This document shows positions 54,833 through 64,000 of a stretch of DNA of 64,000 nt, in pieces. Under the pieces are notes generated by a model. That model saw only the letters and a program-made list of their open reading frames with translations. It was not told where the DNA came from and ran no database searches. The stretch's first letter is position 1. Every line of letters starts with the position of its first letter. The position numbers and the translations under genes were made by a program. Location: positions 32,001 to 96,000 of the forward strand of contig CAVPKM010000013.1 of assembly GCA_963705725.1 (NCBI GenBank), given 5' to 3'. The DNA is from an uncultured Gammaproteobacteria bacterium (GTDB lineage: Bacteria > Pseudomonadota > Gammaproteobacteria > UBA6002).

Positions 54833-55983
54833 TTCTAAAAAAAAACAAGCAACAGCAAATATTTCTCGATCCGTGGATTTTAACTGCCAGCCTATCGATA
54901 ATGATGATTGGCCTATTGATGGTAACTTCCGCATCGATGGTAATTTCAGAACAGATTTTTAATTATCCTTTTCACTTTCTTTTTCATCAGTTGGCCTATT
55001 TGGCGCTAGGTGGTATGCTCGGCATCCTCCTCTTCCGGGTCGATCTTCATCGCGTGCGAGTGGTTGGAAACTATTTATTTATTGCTTGCCTATTTTTCTT
55101 AATGCTGGTGCTGATTCCTGGCATTGGTCATAAAGTGAATGGCAGTACTCGGTGGATTGGGTTTGGTCCATTAACTTTACAAGTATCCGAACTTGCTAAG
55201 TTCAGCGTTATTCTCTATCTGTCAGGATATTTGGTCCGCAGAAATGAAGAAATTCAAACCAAGATAACAGGTTTTATCAAGCCCTTATTCCTTCTCTCTA
55301 TTGTTGCCTTTTTTCTTTTGCTTGAACCCGATTTTGGTGCGACCACTGTTATCATGGTGACGGCACTGGGCATGATGTTTTTGGCAAGAGTAAAATTATC
55401 ACAATTTGTGGCTTTATTTGTGATAGTGGCAGGTGCTTTAGTCTTGCTTGCTGTCACCTCTCCTTATCGTTTACAGCGAATTACCACTTTTTTACATCCT
55501 TGGGAGAATCCATTTGACAGCGGATACCAGTTGACGCAATCCCTTATTGCTTTTGGGCGCGGAGGGGTAACCGGTGTGGGGCTCGGGAATAGTATTCAGA
55601 AATTGTTTTATTTGCCTGAAGCGCAAACCGACTTTCTATTTGCTGTGCTTGCAGAAGAAACAGGATTTATCGGCGAATTCATTGTCATTGCGTTATTTGC
55701 ATTATTAGTGGGAAGAATTTTTTATATTGCTAAGCAAGCGCTTGCCCAAGCTAAACCCTTTGAAGCATATTGTGCATTTGGCTTTGGATTATGGCTTGGA
55801 GTTCAGGCCATGATAAATATTGGCGTTAACTCGGGATTATTGCCAACAAAAGGGCTCACATTGCCCTTCATGAGTTATGGCGGGAATAGTTTATTAGTAA
55901 ACTGTGTAGTGCTTGCCATCTTACTGCGAATAAGCCACGATTGTCGGCAGCTGACAAATGTCAGAGTAGTAAAAAGAGTATAA
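54829..55983 (+). CDS. ftsW: peptidoglycan polymerase FtsW
   Basis: NGSTRW, QVSELAK, EPDFG, GYQLTQSL, LPTKGLTLPFMSYGG. Confidence 0.96.
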   Translation: MILKKNKQQQIFLDPWILTASLSIMMIGLLMVTSASMVISEQIFNYPFHFLFHQLAYLALGGMLGILLFRVDLHRVRVVGNYLFIACLFFLMLVLIPGIGHKVNGSTRWIGFGPLTLQVSELAKFSVILYLSGYLVRRNEEIQTKITGFIKPLFLLSIVAFFLLLEPDFGATTVIMVTALGMMFLARVKLSQFVALFVIVAGALVLLAVTSPYRLQRITTFLHPWENPFDSGYQLTQSLIAFGRGGVTGVGLGNSIQKLFYLPEAQTDFLFAVLAEETGFIGEFIVIALFALLVGRIFYIAKQALAQAKPFEAYCAFGFGLWLGVQAMINIGVNSGLLPTKGLTLPFMSYGGNSLLVNCVVLAILLRISHDCRQLTNVRVVKRV

Positions 55984-56042
55984 ACACGTACGTTTTAGAA
56001 AAATTCTACTATAACTAAAGAATTAGGTATTTTGGAGAAGAT

Positions 56043-57455
56043 ATGAACTTAAGTTCCAGCATGGAAAATTTCAAAAAAATTCATTTCATTGGGATAGGCG
56101 GCGCTGGAATGGGTGGCATTGCAGAGGTTGTGGTTAATCAAGGCTATGAAGTATCGGGATCTGACCTGAGTGAAAATAATGTTACCCAGCATCTTGAGAA
56201 ACTGGGTGTAAAATTTATTAAGGGTCACCATGAAAATAATATCACCGGCGTTGATCTGGTTGTTTATTCCAGTGCAATTCCCAATAATAATCCTGAACTA
56301 ACGGCCGCCATAAATAAAAATATTCCCCATATTCCTCGAGCCAAAATGTTGGCGCTGTTAATGAGACCTAAATATGGAATAGCAATTGCAGGAACCCATG
56401 GTAAAACCACTACGACAAGTTTGGTGGCGAGTGTGTTAGCTCAAGGAGACCTTCAACCCACTTTTGTGGTAGGCGGGCGACTTGAAAGCGTTGGGACGAA
56501 TGCACAACTGGGTGCGGGTAAATATTTTGTCGCTGAGGCAGATGAAAGCGATGCCTCCTTTCTTTTCCTGAAACCCAAAATTGCAATTATTACCAACATC
56601 GATAGCGATCACCTTAATACTTATAATGGAGAGATGTCAGCGCTGTGCGATTCTTTCTTACAGTTTGTTGCTGAGATTCCACCAGACGGCTTAGTAGTAA
56701 TTTGTGCTGATGACGAAATTGCTATAAGTTTACAAAAAGACATTAAGGCCCCCACCTTGACCTATGGTTTTAATCCGCAAGCAGATATTCAGATTACTGC
56801 TTTTTCCCAGTGTGGCTTGGAAAGTTGTTTTCATATAGTCGATAAGATCAACCAATCAGAATCCGATGTTCGTCTAAGTTTGGCAGGAAAACATAATGCG
56901 CTTAATGCTTTAGCGGCAATAGCGGTGGCTCGTAAGCTTGAAGTCCCAGAAGAAAAAATAAATAAAGCCTTGTCCAATTTTATGGGCATAGGAAGACGAT
57001 TCCAAATTTACGGAGAGGTTGCCATCCCTGATGGAGAAGTAACCGTGATTGATGATTATGGTCATCACCCAAGGGAAATTGCAGCAACCCTTGATGCAAT
57101 TCGCTTAGTTTGGCCAGATCGTAGAGTAGTGATGGCTTATCAACCGCATCGCTATACGAGAACCTTTGCCTTAATGCAAGAGTTTGCCAATATATTATCA
57201 ATTCCTGATGTATTATTGCTGCTTGATGTTTATTCTGCAGGAGAAGAACCTATCCAGGGCGCAGATAGCCAATCACTTTGTCAGCAGATTAAAAAAATTG
57301 GAAAAATTTCACCCTATTTTGTTCCAAGCATTGATCAATTGCCTGATGCAGCAAAACAAGTATTAAAAGATGGAGATATTTTTTTAATTCAGGGGGCTGG
57401 AAGTATCGGACAGATGGCGGCTAAATTGTTTTCAAAAAAAACCGAGCAAAAATAA
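56043..57455 (+). CDS. murC: UDP-MurNAc--L-alanine ligase
   Basis: HFIGIGGAGMGG, AGTHGKTTT, EADESD, DDYGHHP, QPHRYTRT. Confidence 0.97.
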   Translation: MNLSSSMENFKKIHFIGIGGAGMGGIAEVVVNQGYEVSGSDLSENNVTQHLEKLGVKFIKGHHENNITGVDLVVYSSAIPNNNPELTAAINKNIPHIPRAKMLALLMRPKYGIAIAGTHGKTTTTSLVASVLAQGDLQPTFVVGGRLESVGTNAQLGAGKYFVAEADESDASFLFLKPKIAIITNIDSDHLNTYNGEMSALCDSFLQFVAEIPPDGLVVICADDEIAISLQKDIKAPTLTYGFNPQADIQITAFSQCGLESCFHIVDKINQSESDVRLSLAGKHNALNALAAIAVARKLEVPEEKINKALSNFMGIGRRFQIYGEVAIPDGEVTVIDDYGHHPREIAATLDAIRLVWPDRRVVMAYQPHRYTRTFALMQEFANILSIPDVLLLLDVYSAGEEPIQGADSQSLCQQIKKIGKISPYFVPSIDQLPDAAKQVLKDGDIFLIQGAGSIGQMAAKLFSKKTEQK

Positions 57456-57464
57456 GACTAAAAC

Positions 57465-58358
57465 ATGCAACAATTTCGTGGCCAACTCAAAGAACATGAA
57501 AATTTAGCGAGATATACTTCTTGGCGTGTTGGCGGCGTAGCTAGACGTTTTTATAAGCCTGTTAATGTGGAAGATTTATCCTGTTTTTTACGTAGTTTGC
57601 CAGAAAATGAATCGGTAACGTGGTTAGGACTAGGTAGTAATGTCTTGATACGAGATGGGGGTTTGCCAGGTACAGTCATTTTTACTTTAAATCGATTAGG
57701 CAAGATTGAGCTCATTGAAAAATGCAATCAAATTCGAGTAGAGGCGGGAGTCACTTGCGCCAAGCTGGCGAAATTTTGTGCTAAACAAGGCTTTGCAAAT
57801 AGTACATTTTTTGCAGGCATTCCTGGAACGGTCGGGGGTGCCTTGATGATGAATGCCGGCGCTTTTGGAGGAGTAACCTGGGATCATGTGGTTGCAGTGG
57901 AAACAATCGATCGGCATGGAAAATTAAGATTCAGAGCGCCTTCAGAATTCGTAATTCGATATCGTGAAATTGTTGGGCCAAGTGGCGAGTGGTTTGTTGC
58001 TGGTCATTTTACCTTCGATCATGGGAATCCAAGCCAGCTACAACAACAAATTACTTCATTACTCAATAAAAGATCTTCCAGTCAGCCAATAGGGGTATTT
58101 AGTTGTGGTTCTGTCTTTAGAAATCCGCCAGGGGATTATGCAGCACGATTAATCGAGAGCGCCGGGTTAAAAGGCAAGCGGATGGGAGGTGCGCAAGTTT
58201 CTGAAAAGCACGCAAACTTCATTATCAATGAAAATAGCGCATCTTCATTAGATATTGAAACCTTAATTAAGGTGGTTGCAGAAAAAGTAGAGGAGAGGCA
58301 CCAAGTGCGTCTCATTCCTGAAGTGCATATATTAGGTGTGATGGCAGATGATGAATAA
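57465..58358 (+). CDS. murB: UDP-N-acetylenolpyruvoylglucosamine reductase
   Basis: GLGSNVL, IPGTVGGA, MNAGA, CGSVFRNP, KHANFIIN. Confidence 0.97.
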   Translation: MQQFRGQLKEHENLARYTSWRVGGVARRFYKPVNVEDLSCFLRSLPENESVTWLGLGSNVLIRDGGLPGTVIFTLNRLGKIELIEKCNQIRVEAGVTCAKLAKFCAKQGFANSTFFAGIPGTVGGALMMNAGAFGGVTWDHVVAVETIDRHGKLRFRAPSEFVIRYREIVGPSGEWFVAGHFTFDHGNPSQLQQQITSLLNKRSSSQPIGVFSCGSVFRNPPGDYAARLIESAGLKGKRMGGAQVSEKHANFIINENSASSLDIETLIKVVAEKVEERHQVRLIPEVHILGVMADDE

Positions 58359-59325
58359 AATCGATCCCAAACAATTTGGTAAAGTTGTGGTATTAATGGG
58401 AGGCACGTCCGCAGAACGCGAAATTTCATTGGAGTCAGGAAATAATATCCTGCGTGCATTAAAACGAAATGCGATTGATGCGTATGGGCTTGATACAAAA
58501 GGGGATGTCGTTACGGAGTTATTAAGCACTCGACCCGATCGCGCCTTCATTGCCTTGCATGGAGCAGGAGGCGAGGATGGTAGCATCCAGGGCCTATTAG
58601 AATATTTAGGCATTCTTTACACCGGTAGTGGTATTTCCGGATCTGCTGTTACCATGGATAAAGCACTCTGCAAACTCTTGTGGGGAAGCACTGGGATTCC
58701 TACACCCCCTTTTCGGTTAGTGCGAGATTTGGAGTCTGCTGTTAACGCTATGGAGCTATTTGGCATGCCGCTTTGCGTCAAGCCAGTTAGTGATGGGTCA
58801 AGCATCGGTATTACCAAGGTGCTAGCGCCTGAGCAGTTACCCGCAGCCGTTGAAAAAGCGCAGTCTCATTCATTTACCAAGCGCGTGCTGATTGAGCCAT
58901 GGCTGGAAGGGACGGAGTATACGATTGGCATACTGGGAACCAATTCTTTGCCCGTAATTGAAATTCGAACGCCGCGAACTTTTTATGATTATAAGGCGAA
59001 GTACAATGAAGACACCACCGCTTATCTCTGTCCTTGTGATTTATCTGCTGAGAGAGAAGAAACATTAAAAGAGCTAGCTTTTCAAGCTTTTGCGGTGACA
59101 GGATGTAGCGGCTGGGGGCGAGTGGATGTATTAGAAGATGAGGCAGGTCAATTTTGGTTTTTAGAAGTCAACACCGTACCTGGAATGACTGAGCATAGCC
59201 TCGTACCGAAAGCGGCGGAAGTATCAGGCCTAAGCTTTGATGAATTGGTCATTGAAATTCTTTCTTATACAATTATTCAAGAAAAGCTAGCCTTGGCCGA
59301 AGTGGAAAAGCAAGCCATCGAGTAA
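58348..59325 (+). CDS. ddl: D-alanine--D-alanine ligase
   Basis: GGTSAEREISL, LHGAGGEDG, YDYKAKY, LEVNTVPGMT. Confidence 0.97.
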   Translation: MMNKIDPKQFGKVVVLMGGTSAEREISLESGNNILRALKRNAIDAYGLDTKGDVVTELLSTRPDRAFIALHGAGGEDGSIQGLLEYLGILYTGSGISGSAVTMDKALCKLLWGSTGIPTPPFRLVRDLESAVNAMELFGMPLCVKPVSDGSSIGITKVLAPEQLPAAVEKAQSHSFTKRVLIEPWLEGTEYTIGILGTNSLPVIEIRTPRTFYDYKAKYNEDTTAYLCPCDLSAEREETLKELAFQAFAVTGCSGWGRVDVLEDEAGQFWFLEVNTVPGMTEHSLVPKAAEVSGLSFDELVIEILSYTIIQEKLALAEVEKQAIE

Positions 59326-59347
59326 ATACCATTCTCAATAAATAACC

Positions 59348-60124
59348 ATGAAAAAAAATCAAAAAAAACGTCATCAAAAAATGAAAATAAAAAGTCTTAA
59401 TGCCATGGTTATTAGGATTTTTTGTTTGTTGTTGCTTTTGTTTAGTATTTTTTTTGTTACCTGCCATTACTTAGAGCCAAAACTCTTACCCATTCGACAT
59501 ATCGCAATGGCGAATCAATTCAAGCATATCAATCTCTTAGCGGTTAAACAGCAAATGCAACCTAGAATAAAAGGCTTTTTTTCAACTAATGTGGCAGAGT
59601 TGAAGCAGGACATTACGAAAATACCTTTTGTTGATCATGTAGTAATTAAACGAGTCTGGCCAGATACACTTCGGGTTGAAATTACCGAGCTCGCTGTGGT
59701 TGGTTGGTGGAATGAAGGAGAATATCTTTCGATTCATGGCAGCACTCTGCCGCTTGATGCAAAAGGTGAGAAACACCTGCCACATTTTAAAGGAACGCTA
59801 AATCAAGCGGAAGCGATGTTAAAAATGTATCAGGTATTTTCAGCGCAATTGCAATTAACTAAGTTATCTATTGAGCGTATTGAACTTAGTCAACGCCAAT
59901 CCTGGCAGATCACATTAAATAACGGAATAACCCTAAAATTAGGACGAACCGAAATGACGCGGCGGCTGCAATCTTTTTTGAAAGTTTATCCCAGAATCAA
60001 AAAAAAATATGATAATAATGTGGATGTCATTGATTTAAGGCATCAAAATGGATTTTCTCTTCACCTGATAGAAAACCGCTTAGCTGAAGACGAATTAAAG
60101 CCCAATTTGAACAAAAAACCTTAA
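59348..60124 (+). CDS. ftsQ: cell division protein FtsQ
   Basis: Basic N-terminus plus TM, KRVWPDTL (POTRA), LKLGR, IDLRHQNGF. Confidence 0.92.
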   Translation: MKKNQKKRHQKMKIKSLNAMVIRIFCLLLLLFSIFFVTCHYLEPKLLPIRHIAMANQFKHINLLAVKQQMQPRIKGFFSTNVAELKQDITKIPFVDHVVIKRVWPDTLRVEITELAVVGWWNEGEYLSIHGSTLPLDAKGEKHLPHFKGTLNQAEAMLKMYQVFSAQLQLTKLSIERIELSQRQSWQITLNNGITLKLGRTEMTRRLQSFLKVYPRIKKKYDNNVDVIDLRHQNGFSLHLIENRLAEDELKPNLNKKP

Positions 60125-60357
60125 AAAGCTTTTGATTTGCAGAAAATCACGAGTTTTACGTTACTTTGCTAAAGTTTTGATAGTGCTTTTTATTTTCCTG
60201 GCATATACTTTGCCACCTTAGAAAAAAATATTATAACTATTCAGCCTAGAACTGAAGCAGCTAATTTTCAACAAAAAGTTTAATGATAAGTAAAAAGTAG
60301 CGATATCTCCTAATTGAAGCTACTTAAATGGTGATGCATTATGGAGCAAGTTACGTT

Positions 60358-61593
60358 ATGCCAAAAAATCTGGATAAAAATTTAATCGTAGGATTAGACA
60401 TTGGGACAACCAAGGTGGCAGCCCTAGTAGGAGAGGTGGCTGCAGATGGCATGTTGGAAATAATTGGGGTAGGAAGTCATCCATCAAGAGGATTAAAAAG
60501 AGGCGTTGTCGTTAATATAGAGGCAACCGTTCAATCCATACAGCAAGCGATTGAAGAAGCAGAATTGATGGCAGATTGTGAAATTCATAAACCTTATATT
60601 GGCATAGCGGGTAGCCACATTCGTGGAATGAATTCCCATGGCATTGTTGCCATTCGAGATAGTGAAGTAGGCGAACCAGATATCGATCGTGTTATCGATG
60701 CGGCCAAGGCGGTAGTCATTCCAGCCGATCAAAAGATAATTCATATACTGCCACAAGAATTTATTATCGATAGCCAAGAGGGCATACGAGAGCCAGTCGG
60801 TATGTCTGGCGTGCGCTTGGAGGCAAAAGTCCATATCGTGACCGGCGCTGTCAGTGCGGCTCAAAACATCGTTAAATGTGTGCAGCGATGTGGTCTTGAA
60901 GTAGGCGACATTATTCTAGAGCAGCTCGCGTCGAGTCATTCGGTATTGACAGACGATGAAAAAGAGCTAGGGGTGTGCATGGTTGATATCGGTGGTGGCA
61001 CAACGGATATTGCTATTTTCATCGATGGAGCGATTCGATATACTGCGGCCATCCCCATTGCTGGAGATCAAGTGACCAATGATATTGCAGTGACATTTAG
61101 AACGCCTACGAATCATGCCGAGGAGATAAAAATTAAATATGGTACGGCGCTTCCCAACCATGCGCAACCGGATGATGCGATAGAAGTTCCAAGCGTTGCA
61201 AAAAGGCCTTCTCGCTTACTTTCTAAAAAAGCTTTATCGGCGGTGGTGGGTGCACGTTATGAAGAGTTGTTTGCACTGGTGCAGTCAGAAATCAAACGCA
61301 GTGGTTTTTCGGACTTAATTGCTTCTGGTGTTGTCCTAACTGGTGGCGCTTCCTTGGTTAATGGCGCATTAGAACTAGCAGAATCCATTTTTCAAATGCC
61401 TGTTCGATTAGGATTGCCTCAGCATGTAAGAGGGTTGAAAGATGTGCTTGAAAACCCCGTGTATTCAACTGCAGTAGGATTGTTACTCTATGGCCTGCAA
61501 CAAAGAGTCGATGGAAAGGCCGATATTGTCGTTAGGGAAGGGGTGAAGGGAGTGTGGTCGAAAATGAGAAGTTGGTTTCAAGGTAATTTTTAA
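60358..61593 (+). CDS. ftsA: cell division protein FtsA
   Basis: GLDIGTTKV, DIGGGTTD, VLTGG, C-terminal amphipathic SWFQGNF. Confidence 0.97.
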   Translation: MPKNLDKNLIVGLDIGTTKVAALVGEVAADGMLEIIGVGSHPSRGLKRGVVVNIEATVQSIQQAIEEAELMADCEIHKPYIGIAGSHIRGMNSHGIVAIRDSEVGEPDIDRVIDAAKAVVIPADQKIIHILPQEFIIDSQEGIREPVGMSGVRLEAKVHIVTGAVSAAQNIVKCVQRCGLEVGDIILEQLASSHSVLTDDEKELGVCMVDIGGGTTDIAIFIDGAIRYTAAIPIAGDQVTNDIAVTFRTPTNHAEEIKIKYGTALPNHAQPDDAIEVPSVAKRPSRLLSKKALSAVVGARYEELFALVQSEIKRSGFSDLIASGVVLTGGASLVNGALELAESIFQMPVRLGLPQHVRGLKDVLENPVYSTAVGLLLYGLQQRVDGKADIVVREGVKGVWSKMRSWFQGNF

Positions 61594-61680
61594 GTATTTA
61601 TCCAGCACAAAATTAATGCGGCTAAACAGGATTTGTCGTCCTGTGCCGAATGGTTACCGATTGTTTTAGGAGTTGATGGT

Positions 61681-62844
61681 ATGTTTGAGTTGACTGAAAA
61701 TTCTCCACATAATGCAGTAATAAAAGTCATTGGAGTAGGCGGCGGCGGCGGCAATGCAGTAGAGTATATGATGCGAGAAGAAATTCAAGGAGTCGACTTC
61801 ATTTGTGCTAATACAGATGCACAAGCACTTCAAAAATCTAGTGCACCCACCTTATTAGCCTTAGGCGAAGGTCTCACAAAGGGATTGGGCGCTGGGGCAG
61901 ACCCCGAAATTGGTCGCAAGGCTGCAGAAGAAAATCGTGATCATATACGTGAAGTGATTGCGGGCTCGGATATGATTTTTATTACAGCCGGCATGGGCGG
62001 TGGAACAGGAACAGGTGCCGTACCAATTGTTGCGCAAATTGCTCGTGAGTTAGGCATTCTGACAGTTGCAGTTGTGACGAAACCATTTGATTTTGAAGGC
62101 AAAAAAAGAAGACAGATCGCCGATTTAGGCATTCGTGAATTAGCAAAATATGTGGATTCATTAATCACCATTCCAAATAATAAATTACTAAGTGTATTAG
62201 GGCCAAATGCCACATTACTGAATGCCTTTAATGAAGCTAACAAGGTATTGCAGGGAGCAGTTCGAGGTATTGCAGAACTTATCACCGTACCTGGACTAAT
62301 TAATGTGGATTTTGCAGATGTAAAAACCGTGATGTCTGAAATGGGTATGGCTATGATGGGAACCGGTGTCAGCATCGGTGATAATCGAGCCACTAAGGCA
62401 GCTGAAGCGGCCATTTCTAGTCCTTTACTTGAAGATATCGACTTGTCTGGCGCGAGAGGCATACTGGTTAATATTACCGCTGGAATGGACATTTCAATTG
62501 GAGAATTTGAAGCAGTAGGAAATGCAGTCAGACCTTACATGTCAGAAGGTGCGACAGTGGTGATTGGCGCTGTAATTGATCCAGAAATGTCAGATGAGCT
62601 ACGAGTAACCGTAGTGGCCACAGGTTTAGGAAGAAAAGAAGAAGTGGCTTCAAGCCATTCTAGCACGCCTCATTTGAAGGTGCTTGAAACCACAAAAATG
62701 GATGGAACATTAGATTATCATCATCTAGAGCGCCCAACAGTAATGCGTAATCAAGCTACAAAAAATAATTGCGACATTCACGAGACCCCTGATATTGATT
62801 ATTTAGATATTCCTGCTTTTCTACGTCGCCAAGAAGAAGATTAG
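61681..62844 (+). CDS. ftsZ: cell division protein FtsZ
   Basis: GVGGGGGNAV, GMGGGTGTG, INVDFADV, LDIPAFLRRQ. Confidence 0.98.
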   Translation: MFELTENSPHNAVIKVIGVGGGGGNAVEYMMREEIQGVDFICANTDAQALQKSSAPTLLALGEGLTKGLGAGADPEIGRKAAEENRDHIREVIAGSDMIFITAGMGGGTGTGAVPIVAQIARELGILTVAVVTKPFDFEGKKRRQIADLGIRELAKYVDSLITIPNNKLLSVLGPNATLLNAFNEANKVLQGAVRGIAELITVPGLINVDFADVKTVMSEMGMAMMGTGVSIGDNRATKAAEAAISSPLLEDIDLSGARGILVNITAGMDISIGEFEAVGNAVRPYMSEGATVVIGAVIDPEMSDELRVTVVATGLGRKEEVASSHSSTPHLKVLETTKMDGTLDYHHLERPTVMRNQATKNNCDIHETPDIDYLDIPAFLRRQEED

Positions 62845-62880
62845 TGCTATTTATTTGATTCTTAGAATAGAGATAACTGG

Positions 62881-63800
62881 ATGATAAAACAAACCACGCT
62901 CAAAACAGAAATGAGTGCAACCGGCATTGGTTTGCACACAGGAGAAAAAGTTTTTTTAAAAATATGCCCCGCACCAATAAATACAGGAATTCGTTTTAGG
63001 CGTATTGATCAAAATCCTGTTATCGAAATTCCCGCTAAAGTTGAAAATGTGGGAGATACCACACTAAATACTTGTCTTATTAAAGATGGCATACGGGTAT
63101 CAACCGTTGAGCATTTGCTTTCTGCTTTTTCAGGATTAGGTATTGATAATGCCTATGTGGATTTAACCGCACCAGAAGTACCTATCATGGATGGCAGTGC
63201 CGGCCCATTTGTTTTTTTGATACAATCAGCAGGCATTCAGGAGCAAAATGCTCCCAAAAAATTTATTAAAATCAAGCGCAAGATTGAGGTTAAGCAGGAT
63301 GATAAATTTGCTGCTATTTTACCTTATGACGGTTTTCGAGCGACCATAACCATAGATTTTGATCACCCCGTTATTAGAAGCGGAAACCAAACCGCAATCA
63401 TTGATTTTGCTTCGAATTCTTATGTCAAAGAAGTCAGTCGCGCGCGAACCTTTGGCTATTTAGCTGAAGTTGAATACCTGCGACGTAATGGTCTAGCGCT
63501 TGGCGGCAGTTTGGATAACGCCATTGTTCTTGATGAATTTGAATATTGAATGAAGATGGTCTACGGTTTGAGGATGAATTTGCAAAGCATAAGCTTTTAG
63601 ATGTTATTGGTGATTTGTATCAATTGGGACATAGTATGATTGGTGAATTCCAAGGATTTAAATGTGGCCATCATTTAAATAATCTATTACTTAAAACCTT
63701 GTTAAAAGATAAAAGTGCCTGGGAAATTGTTACCTTCACAGACGAGAAAAAGCTCCCGCTTGTTTTCCCTGCCGTTGACAGACAAGCTGTATTTGCCTAG
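62881..63800 (+). CDS. lpxC: UDP-3-O-acyl-GlcNAc deacetylase (frameshift near 63540)
   Basis: [28 protein letters not shown], then [17 protein letters not shown] in the shifted frame. Confidence 0.95.
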
Positions 63801-63814
63801 ATTACTATAAATTT

Positions 63815-64000
63815 CTAGTTTTTATTCCCCGCGAGCTTCATTAAAGCCGCCTTAAGTGAAGCATTTTCTATACTGGCGGCAGTTTCAGCAATGAGGTTAG
63901 CGCTGTATGGCGATAGGCTTTTTTTCTGGCGAATTAGGCTACTTCTTATCACTACCGGTATGATAATCTGATAACGAATCGATTCTAATGTCGAAAATTC
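63815..64000 (-). CDS. DUF721/DciA-like protein, C-terminal part
   Basis: ..LSPYSANLIAETAASIENASLKAALMKLA*; convergent with lpxC, the usual position for this gene. Confidence 0.65.
   Translation of the reverse strand, partial: EFSTLESIRYQIIIPVVIRSSLIRQKKSLSPYSANLIAETAASIENASLKAALMKLAGNKN

Noticed and set aside
61941-62492. 183-aa antisense ORF in ftsZ, and similar ORFs opposite mrcA, hemF and hslU
   Set aside because: Shadow frames of conserved genes with no independent motifs.

Overview
AT-rich gammaproteobacterial chromosome segment. The gene order and effector-like genes suggest a Legionellales-type, host-associated organism (inference). The backbone is housekeeping: prs-tRNA-Gln-ispE-lolB, hemA-prfA-prmC-rdgB, hslUV, SPOR-argS-hemF-mrcA, pilMNOPQ-aroKB, rplM-rpsI-sspAB, yraP-gmhA/diaA-yraN-rsmI, rnpB, and a dcw cluster (mraZ..lpxC) that lacks murG. 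Several large orphan or ankyrin proteins are interspersed. An ~11.5 kb accessory island lies between rnpB and mraZ. It holds (i) an OspF/SpvC-like phosphothreonine lyase gene, (ii) a decayed IS66 with a nested IS256 (8-bp TSD), (iii) a minus-strand array of orphan polymorphic-toxin C-termini, immunity genes and haemagglutinin-repeat fragments, (iv) two glycine-zipper genes with variable N-termini, a near-identical C-terminal tail ending in a perfect 29-bp palindrome, and PmrA-like promoter boxes, flanking a relBE module, and (v) a frameshifted P-loop ATPase. Three backbone orphans share an LPD7/LvgA-like motif. Many single-base frameshifts in essential genes and a 108-nt poly-A tract point to assembly errors, so pseudogene calls are tentative. 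All family assignments come from recognising motifs by eye; no searches were run.
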